Assembly (NCBI GenBank): GCA_050010695.1
Contig: JBEKKO010000007.1
Coordinates: 3,647-67,646, forward strand
Reading direction: 5' to 3'
Source of the DNA: Bryobacteraceae bacterium
GTDB lineage: Bacteria; Acidobacteriota; Terriglobia; Bryobacterales; Bryobacteraceae
Length of the DNA: 64,000 nt
The notes beneath the pieces were generated by a model that made no database searches, was not told where the DNA came from, and saw nothing but the letters and a program-made list of their open reading frames with translations. Positions 29,071-38,295 of this stretch are shown one piece after another (within the stretch, counting starts at the first letter, position 1; every line of letters starts with the position of its first letter). The position numbers were made by a program, and so were the translations under genes.

Positions 29071-30048
29071 CTACGGATTCGGGCGAGCCGGCACGAACAC
29101 CAGGCGGGCCGGGCTGGCGCTCGCGTCCACCAGCCAGACCGGGCCGGAACCGGCATCGGTCAGGCGGAAGAGGCTGCCCAGACGCGCCACTCCGGTCGGA
29201 GCGCAGTCGCACTCGAGAGTTGTGGCAGCACCGCCGGCAAAATCGAAAATCGTGACGGACTTGGCCGCACGGCTCGCTGCCAACACAGATTTGCCATCCG
29301 CCGAAAATACCAGGCCCGCCGGTTCAGCGAGGCCAGGCGCCGGAAGGCGCTGCATCTGGCTGGGCGCTGAGGAGACATCGGAAAACCTATGAAGCGACAG
29401 CGCCGTGCCGTTCAAAACTGCGGCGGCGTGGCCGCCAGGCGCAAACGCGACACCGGCTTCCCGCGCTCCTTCGAGCAGCACACTGCTCGAGCCGGACGCG
29501 CCCTGCAGGCTGACGCGGCCATCGCTCGCCACCAGCAGCCAGGCCGCATCGTCACTTACGGCCATAGCTTCCGGCGCGGCGCCAGCGGACTGGCGCGCGG
29601 CTCCCGTTGCCGGTGAACCGACTTCGGCGGTAAACGCCGGCACCGGCGAATTCGGCAAACCGTTGATGACCTGGACCCGGCCCGAAGCGTAAATCGCGGC
29701 TGCCGTACCCGAGGGGCTGTACACCACCCGCGCCGGCCCGTGCGGGACGCCATTCCAGAAAACTTCGGTGGCGGTTTTGCCGCTCAGGCGAAACAGGTGC
29801 AGCGAACCATCGCTGGCCGTAACGATGGCTGAATCGAGCTCCGGCGAGACCGCGGCTGCGCTGGCGGCAAGCCCCAGGTCCAGCGCGTCGCCAAGCGTTG
29901 CGCCACCCGGCACGCCGGCGATGGGCCGCATTGCCGCGCCGTCGAAGACGTATCCAGCCACGGGGCCGGACACCTGCCTTTGCTGCCCGTGGATCACCAT
30001 CGCCGGGAAGCACACTAAGACTGCGATCACCCGCTTCGGAATCGGCAT
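29071..30048 (-). CDS. Secreted repeat protein, beta-propeller-like
   Basis: Signal peptide MPIPKRVIAVLVCFPAMVIHG. Repeated short beta-strand/Gly motifs (SPSGTAAAIY, ASDGRVSL, SADGKSVLAA). Confidence 0.5.
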   Translation of the reverse strand: MPIPKRVIAVLVCFPAMVIHGQQRQVSGPVAGYVFDGAAMRPIAGVPGGATLGDALDLGLAASAAAVSPELDSAIVTASDGSLHLFRLSGKTATEVFWNGVPHGPARVVYSPSGTAAAIYASGRVQVINGLPNSPVPAFTAEVGSPATGAARQSAGAAPEAMAVSDDAAWLLVASDGRVSLQGASGSSSVLLEGAREAGVAFAPGGHAAAVLNGTALSLHRFSDVSSAPSQMQRLPAPGLAEPAGLVFSADGKSVLAASRAAKSVTIFDFAGGAATTLECDCAPTGVARLGSLFRLTDAGSGPVWLVDASASPARLVFVPARPNP

Positions 30049-30132
30049 CGCATTACCCCAGCCGCAGAGTAACTCGATTCAACATGGTCAGCAAGGGGAT
30101 AGCAATGCGGTCGCTTTCAGATCGCCGGCCTT

Positions 30133-30813
30133 TTACAGATCCGCCAACCTCTTCGCCGTACGGAAAACGTCGAGTAACATCTTTTCCGTCAGCTTGCCGG
30201 TGGAAGTGTTCTGCTGGCTCGGGTGGTAGGAACTGATCAGGATGGGCAGCCCTGAACCGATGCGGAATTGGCGATTGTGGCCGAATACGAAAGCGGATCG
30301 GCTGGGAATTTGGCCGCGCGACTTGAGCAGGTCCAGGTAATTATCGAAGGCGATCCTGCCCAGCGCTACGATCACCCGCAAGTGCCCGAGCAACTCCAGC
30401 TCGCGATCCAGATAGGGCCGGCAATTGCGGATCTCTTCGGGTGTGGGCTTGTTGTCTGGTGGGGCACACCGCGCGGAGGCCGTGATATAAACGCCGCGCA
30501 GTTGCTGGCCGTCGTCGCGGGAGACGCTGACAGGCTGGGAGGCTAGACCAGTCTGGTACAGGGCGCGGTAGAGCCAGTCTCCGGAGCGGTCGCCGGTGAA
30601 CATGCGGCCGGTTCGATTGGCGCCGTGGGCGGCTGGGGCCAGGCCCAGGATGAGGATGCGGGCTGCCGGGTCGCCAAATGCGGGTACAGGTTTACCCCAG
30701 TACGGTTGATCGCGATAGGCGCGCCGTTTGATCTCTGCGATGTGGGCGCAGTGCTCACGCAATCGCGGGCAGCGCCGGCAGCGCACAATCTCATCTTGTA
30801 AAGTGTCGAGCAT
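30133..30813 (-). CDS. Uracil-DNA glycosylase, family 5 (UdgB-like)
   Basis: Fe-S cysteines (CRRCPRLREHC), GLAPAAHGANRTGRMFTGD motif, SYHPSQQN near the C-terminus. Start taken at the ATG at 30813. Confidence 0.8.
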   Translation of the reverse strand: MLDTLQDEIVRCRRCPRLREHCAHIAEIKRRAYRDQPYWGKPVPAFGDPAARILILGLAPAAHGANRTGRMFTGDRSGDWLYRALYQTGLASQPVSVSRDDGQQLRGVYITASARCAPPDNKPTPEEIRNCRPYLDRELELLGHLRVIVALGRIAFDNYLDLLKSRGQIPSRSAFVFGHNRQFRIGSGLPILISSYHPSQQNTSTGKLTEKMLLDVFRTAKRLADL

Positions 30814-31021
30814 AACGCAATGGCTTCGGGCGGCGTCTACAGTAAAGAGGCATTTGCGTCGAAAATCAAGTGAGGGTTTTTGGGATCGATGTTGGAATCC
30901 ACGCAAAAACGCTTGACGAACCCCTGGCTAACATCGGACAATCGAGGAGTCCGGCTGCTCCGGCCGGATGGTTCGTTGCTCTGGCGCATTCTCTCCTCGT
31001 CGTCTCGCGCGTAGTTCCGCT

Positions 31022-32239
31022 ATGAAACAGGCCTATTCACTTTCGTACCGCCGGGTGATGGAAGCCGCATTTCTATTGTGCTTCATTTCCAGCCTGAGTT
31101 TCGCTACCGCCAGCACCACCACGACTCAGACAAAGCGGCGAGCGGCGCACCATGTCGTGGCAAGCGCGCATGCGTCCACCGCGCAGCACGCCACGCCGCA
31201 TCGAGCTGCCAGCCCTCCGGCGGCGCATTTGGTCAGTCCCGGCGCGGCAAGGCCCGTAATCGCCGGCGGTCCTTGGGATAGTCCGACCTTCGCGGATTCA
31301 ACCGAAGGCGACCGGGTAGATGGGGAAGACTTGACGGTTCGCCGCGCGGCGGTGGAGGCGCTGGGTTCGTACAACGGCTCGGTGGTGGCCGTGGATCCGA
31401 CCTCCGGCCGGATTCTCACCATGGTGAACCAGAGGATCGCGCTCAGCGAGGGCTTCCAGCCGTGCTCGACCATCAAGGTCGCCGTGGCGCTGGCCGGCTT
31501 GAGCGAGAAAATCATCGAGCCCACCGCCCGGTACCGGCTCGGCGGGATGCGGGTGGACCTGACCTACGCGCTGGCCCACTCCTACAACTATTACTTCGCC
31601 ACGCTGGGCCAGAAGCTGGGCTTCGAGAAGGTGACCTACTACGCGCACCTGTTCGGCTACGGCGAAAAGGCCGGCCTGAACATCCCGGGTGAACAGCCCG
31701 GCTATTTCCCGGCGGCGCCTCCCAAGAACGGCGGCGTGGGAATGCTGACCAGCTTCGGCGAGGAAATCCGGCAGACGCCGCTGCAACTGGCCGCCCTCAT
31801 GGCCGCGGTTTCCAATGGCGGCACTCTATATTATTTGCAGTATCCGCAGTCGCCGGCCGAGGCGCGCACATTCGTGCCGCGGGTGAAACGGCGGCTGGAC
31901 ATCGATGCTCTGATTCCGATGGTCAAACCGGGAATGCGCGGAGCGGTGGAGTTCGGCACCGCGCACCGGGCGAGAGAAGACGGCCCCATCGCGGGCAAGA
32001 CCGGCACTTGCACCGAAACCCATACGCACCTGGGCTGGTTCGGCTCGTTCAACGATATGGCCGGCAAGAAGCTGGTGGTGGTGGTGCTGCTCACGGGCGG
32101 CCGGCCCGCCATAGGCCCGCTGGCGGCAGGGATCGCCGGCGATATCTATAAGCTCCTGGGTGAGGCGAACTACTTTGCCGGCGAGGCCTCCATCGCACCG
32201 GCGAACCTGGTGGCGAGCCAAATCTGCTGCTCGCGGTAG
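31022..32239 (+). CDS. Penicillin-binding protein, transpeptidase domain
   Basis: SxxK (CSTIK), SxN (HSYN) and KTG (GKTGT) motifs in the canonical order. Signal/anchor at the N-terminus. Confidence 0.8.
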   Translation: MKQAYSLSYRRVMEAAFLLCFISSLSFATASTTTTQTKRRAAHHVVASAHASTAQHATPHRAASPPAAHLVSPGAARPVIAGGPWDSPTFADSTEGDRVDGEDLTVRRAAVEALGSYNGSVVAVDPTSGRILTMVNQRIALSEGFQPCSTIKVAVALAGLSEKIIEPTARYRLGGMRVDLTYALAHSYNYYFATLGQKLGFEKVTYYAHLFGYGEKAGLNIPGEQPGYFPAAPPKNGGVGMLTSFGEEIRQTPLQLAALMAAVSNGGTLYYLQYPQSPAEARTFVPRVKRRLDIDALIPMVKPGMRGAVEFGTAHRAREDGPIAGKTGTCTETHTHLGWFGSFNDMAGKKLVVVVLLTGGRPAIGPLAAGIAGDIYKLLGEANYFAGEASIAPANLVASQICCSR

Positions 32240-32344
32240 GCGGCGCGAGGCGAGTCCTTATCGCGACGCGCTCACCGGTGAGCCATCCACGTGTCCGACT
32301 CCGAGGACGAACGTCTACCAGGATATGACCCTGCCCCCGCCCGG

Positions 32345-33970
32345 TTATTCCGGCAGCGAGAACAGATAGGCCATCAGGTTCTTCTTGTCCTCAGCGGAGA
32401 ACTGGTAGGGCGGCATGATGGAAGCGGGAGAAAGCTTCTGCGGGTTGGCGAAGTGGTCGTCCACCCAGCTTCGCGTCTGGCGTTTGGCCAAGCCGTTGAG
32501 CGGCGGCCCCACTTTCATGCCTACCCCGTTCACCATGTGGCACGCGGCGCAGTGTCCCGTTTGGTAAACCACGGCTCCGCGCACCGCGAAGTCCGGAGCG
32601 TCGGCGAGCGCGCTCGAGTTTTCCGGCGTCAGCTTGAGCAGAAACGCGGCCAGCGAATTCAACTGCGCATCGCCGAGGGCGACCGGCGGCATGGCGCTGC
32701 CCGGACGGACAGCCGCGGGCTGCTTGAAGTGGCGGATCATCCAGGCGGCGTCCTTGTGGACGGCGGTGCGCGTCAGGTCCGGTCCCATCGACGCTCCGGC
32801 CGAGTGGCAGCCGACGCAGTTTTCGCCGCGGAAATAAGCGATACCGGCCATCTCCTCCGGGGAAAGCTGGATCCAATCCGTGGGCGCCGAGTAATCCACT
32901 TGCGCCACCGCCTCGCGTGGCGTCGACAGGACAGCCGCCGCGGTGAGCCCGCCCCAACCGATGCCGGCCAGAACCACGAAGCCGATCGCCACCGTGCGGC
33001 GGGTCACCTTCACCATCTGCCCGCGATCGACAAACGGCACCGCCAGCAGCGCCAGGACCGCGAGACCGGGCAGAATGGTGCTGCCGACGATTTCGAGCGG
33101 CCCCTCGAAGAACTTGAGCGTCTGGAATAGAAACAGGAAATACCATTCGGGGCGCGGAATGTAAGTCGTATCGGTCGGATCCGCCAGTTGTTCCAGCGGC
33201 ACTTTGGCCGCCACCGCCAGGGTGAACAGGATGGCGAATGCGATGAAGATAGCCGCCGTGTCTTTGAAGACTTGCGCCGGGTAGAACGGTTTGCGGGGCA
33301 GCGCCTCGTCGCCCGGCTGCGGCGTCACGCCGTGGCGGCGCACCAGATACACGTGGGCCAGGATGAGTAACAGGGTCGCCGGCGGCAGCAGCAGCACGTG
33401 CACGGCATAGAATCGCGCAAAGGTGACCACGCCGACGCCTTTCGCCGCGCCCAGCAGCCGTGTCATGTATGGGCCGGCGAGTGGAGCCGAGGCCGCGATC
33501 TTAGTCGCCACTACGGTGCCCCAGTAAGCCCGGTTGTCCCATGGCAGTAAGTACCCGGTAAGCCCGTAAGTCAGTGTGAGCAGCAAGAGGACCACGCCCA
33601 GCAGCCAGGTGGTTTCCCGCGGCTTCTTGTAAGCGCCGAAGACGAACACCTGCGCCATATGCAGCACCACGATGACGATCATCATACTGGCGCCCCAATG
33701 GTGCAGGCCGCGAATGAGCCGCCCGCCGGTGACCTCGGTCAGGATATACCGCAGGCTGTTGTACGCTTCGCCCGGCGTGGGGGCGTAGTTGAACGCCAGC
33801 AGGATGCCGGTGAAAGCCTGCGTGAGAAAGAGAAACATGGCGACGCTGCCGAACACCTGATGCCAGCCGCCCGAGGCCGGAATCTTCTCGTCCAGGAAAT
33901 GGGCCACGGCGCCGGGCAGGCCGGTGCGGTCTTCCAGCCACGCCACCAGGCTTTCCACCTGCCGCTTCAT
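32345..33970 (-). CDS. Cytochrome b fused to a C-terminal dihaem cytochrome c
   Basis: Cyt b core (RGLHHWGASMMIVIVVLH, PEWYFLFLFQ) followed by two CxxCH sites (CVGCH, CAACH). Start at the ATG at 33970 gives an ATGA overlap with the Rieske gene. Confidence 0.85.
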   Translation of the reverse strand: MKRQVESLVAWLEDRTGLPGAVAHFLDEKIPASGGWHQVFGSVAMFLFLTQAFTGILLAFNYAPTPGEAYNSLRYILTEVTGGRLIRGLHHWGASMMIVIVVLHMAQVFVFGAYKKPRETTWLLGVVLLLLTLTYGLTGYLLPWDNRAYWGTVVATKIAASAPLAGPYMTRLLGAAKGVGVVTFARFYAVHVLLLPPATLLLILAHVYLVRRHGVTPQPGDEALPRKPFYPAQVFKDTAAIFIAFAILFTLAVAAKVPLEQLADPTDTTYIPRPEWYFLFLFQTLKFFEGPLEIVGSTILPGLAVLALLAVPFVDRGQMVKVTRRTVAIGFVVLAGIGWGGLTAAAVLSTPREAVAQVDYSAPTDWIQLSPEEMAGIAYFRGENCVGCHSAGASMGPDLTRTAVHKDAAWMIRHFKQPAAVRPGSAMPPVALGDAQLNSLAAFLLKLTPENSSALADAPDFAVRGAVVYQTGHCAACHMVNGVGMKVGPPLNGLAKRQTRSWVDDHFANPQKLSPASIMPPYQFSAEDKKNLMAYLFSLPE

Positions 33971-34530
33971 GCCTGCCTCTCGATGGAGGTCCGCAGCCGC
34001 CCCAACATCAGCCGGCCGTTCTCGACCTTCGTTTCGTACCGGTCGAGCGGGCGCGGCGCCGGCCCGGAGATCACGCTGCCATCGATCCGAAACAGCGACG
34101 AGTGGCAGGGGCACAGGAACTGCTGCCGTCCGTCATCCCAGTGATAGGCGCATCCCAGGTGAGTACACTGCGGGCCGAACGCCGTCACGCCGCCGTCGGC
34201 GCGCTTCACCACCCAGGCGGTGTCTTTTTCAATGACAACCTTCCAGGCGTCTGTGCGAATGCGTCGAAACGCCACTTCGAGCGGAGCGCCGGTGGCGAGT
34301 TTATCCAGGTCGCCGATCTCGATCCAGGCATCCGGTTGTCGCGATTTCGGCGGTGTCAGCAGATACGCGAGCGCGGGCAACCCCAACGCGGCGGCGATCG
34401 CCGCGCCAAGGCCGAGAATCCCGGCTTGAAAAAAACCGCGACGCGAACTAGCGTCCGCCGCAGCCGGTCGAGCAGGTTCGAACTCTTCCATTGTGCCTGG
34501 CACCCCTCCGGTGACGATTTGCTCTATCAT
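33967..34530 (-). CDS. Rieske 2Fe-2S subunit with Tat signal
   Basis: SRRGFFQAGILGLGAA twin-arginine signal. CTHLGC ... CPCHSS Rieske boxes. Confidence 0.88.
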   Translation of the reverse strand: MIEQIVTGGVPGTMEEFEPARPAAADASSRRGFFQAGILGLGAAIAAALGLPALAYLLTPPKSRQPDAWIEIGDLDKLATGAPLEVAFRRIRTDAWKVVIEKDTAWVVKRADGGVTAFGPQCTHLGCAYHWDDGRQQFLCPCHSSLFRIDGSVISGPAPRPLDRYETKVENGRLMLGRLRTSIERQA

Positions 34531-34679
34531 ATCCCGGCGGGCCGGAGGCAGATGTCAAGGATTTGACCCGATCGGGTAACTTCGGCGTAAAAAGAGCCCG
34601 CACCCCCGGCCCCTGTCCCGCTTGACGCGGTCCGTAGGATAATGGTGAGGCCTGTGATGACTTCGAAACCGGGAACCAA

Positions 34680-35558
34680 ATGAAACTTCTGGCGAAATTC
34701 AACTTGATTCTGGGACTTGTTCTGGGCGCGGGACTGGCAGTTGCAGCCGCCGTCTCGCACCAATTTCTCCAAAACGACGCGCGCGAGGAAGTGTTGCGGC
34801 AAGCGCGGCTGATGATTCAGGCGATGCAGTCGGCGCGCGATTACACCACCAAGCAGATCAAACCGCTGCTGGTGACCCAGGTGGCGCATCAGCAGTCGTT
34901 CCTGCCGCAGACGGTTCCGGCCTTCGCGGCCACGGAGAGCTTCAACCAGTTGCGGGGGAGCTATCCGGACTACGCGTACAAGGAAGCGGTGCTGAACCCG
35001 ACCAACCTGCGCGACCGCGCGGTGGATTGGGAGGCGGATATCATCAACTGGTTTCGCAACCATCCCGGCGGAGAGAAGGAACGGGTAGGCGAGCGGGACA
35101 CGCCGACGGGGCCTTCGCTGTTCCTGGCGCGGCCGATTCAGGCCGGTCCGCCTTGCCTGGAGTGCCACAGCGTGCCGCGCGCGGCGCCCGCTGCGATGAT
35201 TCGGCACTATGGATCGAACAACGGATTCGGCTGGCAGGCCAACGAAATTGTGGGCGCGCAAATCGTCTCGGTGCCGATGGCCCTGCCGGTCCGGATGGCG
35301 AACCAGGCGTTCCAGACGCTGGTGAGCTGTCTGGCCGCGGTGTTTCTGGCGAGCCTCATTTTGCTGGACCTCCTCTTACTCTTCGCCGTGGTTCGGCCCC
35401 TGCGCCGGCTTTCGACGATGGCGGACCAGATCAGCGTGGGGCAGATCGATATCCCGGAACTGCCGGCGCGCGGCAACGACGAAATCGCCGTCCTGGCGGG
35501 CTCGTTCAACCGGATGCGGCGCAGCCTGGACCGGGCGTTAAAGATGCTGGGGTCTTAG
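34680..35558 (+). CDS. Haem-c DUF3365 (Tll0287-like) periplasmic domain plus HAMP domain protein, no output domain
   Basis: N-terminal TM, DUF3365-like domain with a single CLECH site, second TM, then a HAMP-like segment (VRPLRRLSTMADQIS ... EIAVLAGSFNRMRRSL). The protein ends shortly after. Confidence 0.65.
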   Translation: MKLLAKFNLILGLVLGAGLAVAAAVSHQFLQNDAREEVLRQARLMIQAMQSARDYTTKQIKPLLVTQVAHQQSFLPQTVPAFAATESFNQLRGSYPDYAYKEAVLNPTNLRDRAVDWEADIINWFRNHPGGEKERVGERDTPTGPSLFLARPIQAGPPCLECHSVPRAAPAAMIRHYGSNNGFGWQANEIVGAQIVSVPMALPVRMANQAFQTLVSCLAAVFLASLILLDLLLLFAVVRPLRRLSTMADQISVGQIDIPELPARGNDEIAVLAGSFNRMRRSLDRALKMLGS

Positions 35559-35668
35559 TGGCGCGCACTCGTGCGTGCCGTGTCGAGACCCTTCTCGACA
35601 CCTGCTTCGGTGTGGAAAACCGGGCGTCGGCAGGAGTGCCGACGCGGCACGCATGAGTGCGTCCGCCA
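35557..35668. repeat. Compound palindromic (REP-like) element between convergent genes
   Basis: Arms of about 28 nt (35557-35584 and 35639-35668) are inverted repeats with two substitutions and a 2-nt indel. Inner hairpins at 35581-35587/35592-35598 and 35624-35631/35636-35643. Confidence 0.6.
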
Positions 35669-35699
35669 CGCCGGAATGGCACGGCTTCTTTGCTGACCG

Positions 35700-36992
35700 T
35701 TAAAGGACGGAACGCGCTGCGGCGAGGAAACGCTGGCGGTCGGTGGTGGATTCGATCTCGGCGGCCAGCGCGTTCTGCAATTCCTCGGCATTGCGAGCCG
35801 AGCGCGCCGCGCGAGTGACCACGACCTTGGCAATCGGGCCGATGTAAGGGGCCAGCGCCTGCGTGAGGCGGTCGAGCGCATTGGGATCGAAGGCAACCGG
35901 CGCGGTGGGCGGGCGCACCGCTATGGTAGCGGTGGCACCGGGATCGGTCTTGACGTCCGGAGCGGTTTTAAGGAAAGCGGCGCGCTCCTTTGGATCTTCG
36001 ATCTCCGCGGCGAGCGCCTGCCGAATTTCGGAGATGGTCGAGTAGCGGCGGGCGGCGGTGGCAACCAGGCGGCTGGCGATGGGACCGATGGCGCGCGAGA
36101 GGCGAGCTTCCAACTCGGCCAACTCCGGCCTCTTCGCGGCGGTTGCGCTGGGAGTGAGTGGCGCCTGAACGCCTCCGCGGCCCAGGTCTTCGAGCGCGGC
36201 CTTGAACTCCAGCGCGGTCTGGAAACGCAGGCCAGGCTCCTTGGCGAGCGCGCGCATGATGGCGGCGGAGACGGCCTGCGGCACTTGCGGATTCACCGTG
36301 CCGGGCTCGGGCGGAATCACGCTCAACTGCGCGTTCATCATGGCGTGCTCGGTATCCGCCCGCATGGGGTGAAGGCCGGCGACCATTTCGTAAAACATGA
36401 TGCCCAGCGAGTAGATGTCGGAACGGGCGTCCACCTGACCGGAGCGGATCTGCTCGGGCGACATGTAAGCCAGCGTCCCAACGGCGAGGCCTACGCCGGT
36501 CAAGCGCGCTACGCCGGTTGAGCGGGCGATGCCGAAATCGGTGAGCTTGACGACGTCGCCGGCGGCGATCAGAATATTGGCCGGCTTGATGTCGCGGTGG
36601 GTCACGCCGCGCTCGTGCGCGAACGCCAGGGCCGCCAGAGTCTGGTTGATGTAGTGGACCGCCAAAGGGACCGCGACCGGCCCGCGGCGCAGCGTTTCCT
36701 CCAGGCTGACGCCCTCGACCAATTCCATGATCATCACCAGGCGGCCTTCGATCCGCAGGGCCGTGTGGAGAGCCGCGATGTTGGGATGCTGCAAACTGGC
36801 GTGGACTTTGATCTCGCGCAGGAAGCGATCGGCGATATCGACGTTCTCACCGAGATCGGGGAGGACGATTTTCATCGCCTCCTCGCGGTCCGAGACCAGG
36901 TTCCGCACGCGGAAGACTTTACCCATGCCGCCGCGGCCTAGAACGCCAGTGACCCGATAATCGCCGAGAGTGTCGCCGATCTGAATGGGCAT
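35700..36992 (-). CDS. Ser/Thr protein kinase with a tandem C-terminal repeat
   Basis: Hanks kinase motifs (GRGGMGKVF, HRDIKPANIL, DFG, SPEQ). C-terminal about 150 aa contains two roughly 50-aa repeats. Confidence 0.9.
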   Translation of the reverse strand: MPIQIGDTLGDYRVTGVLGRGGMGKVFRVRNLVSDREEAMKIVLPDLGENVDIADRFLREIKVHASLQHPNIAALHTALRIEGRLVMIMELVEGVSLEETLRRGPVAVPLAVHYINQTLAALAFAHERGVTHRDIKPANILIAAGDVVKLTDFGIARSTGVARLTGVGLAVGTLAYMSPEQIRSGQVDARSDIYSLGIMFYEMVAGLHPMRADTEHAMMNAQLSVIPPEPGTVNPQVPQAVSAAIMRALAKEPGLRFQTALEFKAALEDLGRGGVQAPLTPSATAAKRPELAELEARLSRAIGPIASRLVATAARRYSTISEIRQALAAEIEDPKERAAFLKTAPDVKTDPGATATIAVRPPTAPVAFDPNALDRLTQALAPYIGPIAKVVVTRAARSARNAEELQNALAAEIESTTDRQRFLAAARSVL

Positions 36993-37031
36993 CAGTATGA
37001 ATGTAGCGCGAAGTGCGGCTCTCTCGACCGA

Positions 37032-37637
37032 CTAACTCGGCTCCGTCTCCGGCAACAGGTCATCTGGCGCGTAAATGCCAGGAGCGAGCGGCCGCGTGCC
37101 CTTTCGAAAGCAATTGTCCACCAGGTTCTGAATCGTGGCCATTTCCTTCTTATCCAATCCCACCGAGAACGCAAAGGCGCAGCTCATTTCCGGAAGAGCC
37201 ACCTGGTAGCCGCCGGGAAAGAAGGCGCAAAGTCGGTCGCGCAGCAGGAGACGCGACGGGCCGATTCCATCCGCGTGCATCAGGGCGAATGCGTAGACCT
37301 CCCCGCCGGCGCGCTGGATCGCGTGCGTCCCTGGCTTGTCTCCCGAATGCTCCGCCAGATTACGGAGGGCGACCGCTTTCCAGTCTATGCCTTGAGCGTC
37401 CCAATACTCCTGCATCCCAAAATCGACATAGCGCATGGTTTGATCGGGAAGCAACAGGGACCACGTCAGCCCGACCTCGCGGGCCCGCAATTTGACATGG
37501 GGACCGGGCCAATTGCCCTTGGCAAAAAAGGAGGCCGGCACAAACAAGGGAGCGATTTTCTTGATATCTATCTCATCGGGCCGCAGCGCCAGCCCTTTGC
37601 GCAACTGACGAAGCGTGGTCTGGGGATCTATCGCCAT
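37032..37637 (-). CDS. Hypothetical protein
   Basis: 201 aa with reasonable composition and no recognised motif. 39 nt upstream of the kinase gene on the same strand. Confidence 0.5.
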   Translation of the reverse strand: MAIDPQTTLRQLRKGLALRPDEIDIKKIAPLFVPASFFAKGNWPGPHVKLRAREVGLTWSLLLPDQTMRYVDFGMQEYWDAQGIDWKAVALRNLAEHSGDKPGTHAIQRAGGEVYAFALMHADGIGPSRLLLRDRLCAFFPGGYQVALPEMSCAFAFSVGLDKKEMATIQNLVDNCFRKGTRPLAPGIYAPDDLLPETEPS

Positions 37638-37685
37638 GTAGCATGGTTAGCACGTTTCATCGCGGGTGAAAAGACGTCGCATCGC

Positions 37686-38030
37686 CTACTTCATTTCTTC
37701 CACGCTCTGCAGGATCTCGCGAGCCTCGGCTTCCCTGTCCCGCGACACGCGAACGTCCCACCAACCCATACAGTTGCCGCCCTCCTGGCTGGCGGCTGTG
37801 TTTTGGTCCATGGCGAAGAAGGGTATTTGCGCTTCCTCCAATAAACCCCTCGCCAGACCGATTGCAAGAGGGCCCCGGCAGGCGGTTCGAATCAGGACAT
37901 CCAGATCGCCCTGATACGGCTGCTCATCGGCAGGAACCTCGGGCGGCAGGTGGTCCGTCAGAGGAACATGGCAGTCGGAACACTCGACAAACCCGGCCCG
38001 GTATTCGTCGCGGCATTGAGGGCAATACAT
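37686..38030 (-). CDS. Zinc-ribbon plus DUF2007-like small protein
   Basis: MYCPQCRDEYRAGFVECSDCHVPL zinc ribbon, then a short alpha/beta domain resembling DUF2007. Confidence 0.45.
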   Translation of the reverse strand: MYCPQCRDEYRAGFVECSDCHVPLTDHLPPEVPADEQPYQGDLDVLIRTACRGPLAIGLARGLLEEAQIPFFAMDQNTAASQEGGNCMGWWDVRVSRDREAEAREILQSVEEMK

Positions 38031-38295
38031 TGGGCACTCCTTCCCGAGGCTATGGCGCGGAGGCTTGCGCCGCAGCCATTCGACTTACTGTAGCATCCGG
38101 TCGCGTGGCGACTACGGCCTGACCAGCCACGTGGCGGTCAGCATCAGGCCAAGCAGGATGCCTGCGTCGATGAGCCGCCGCCAAGTCTTGGACTGCAGGT
38201 CCCCGGCGCCGGCCGGCCAAGCGTGCTTCAATGAAAGCCTCATAAATCGAAAATCACCTTTCCCGAAAACTCGCGACTTCGCTTCCCGCCGAGGG

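Noticed and set aside
38112-38243. 43-codon ORF (MRLSLKHAWPAGAGDLQSKTWRRLIDAGILLGLMLTATWLVRP) after the DUF362 gene
   Set aside because: It has a C-terminal hydrophobic segment and a weak AGGTGA about 10 nt upstream. Unlike the twin 29-codon ORFs, it has no paralogue and no other support. Not enough to call.
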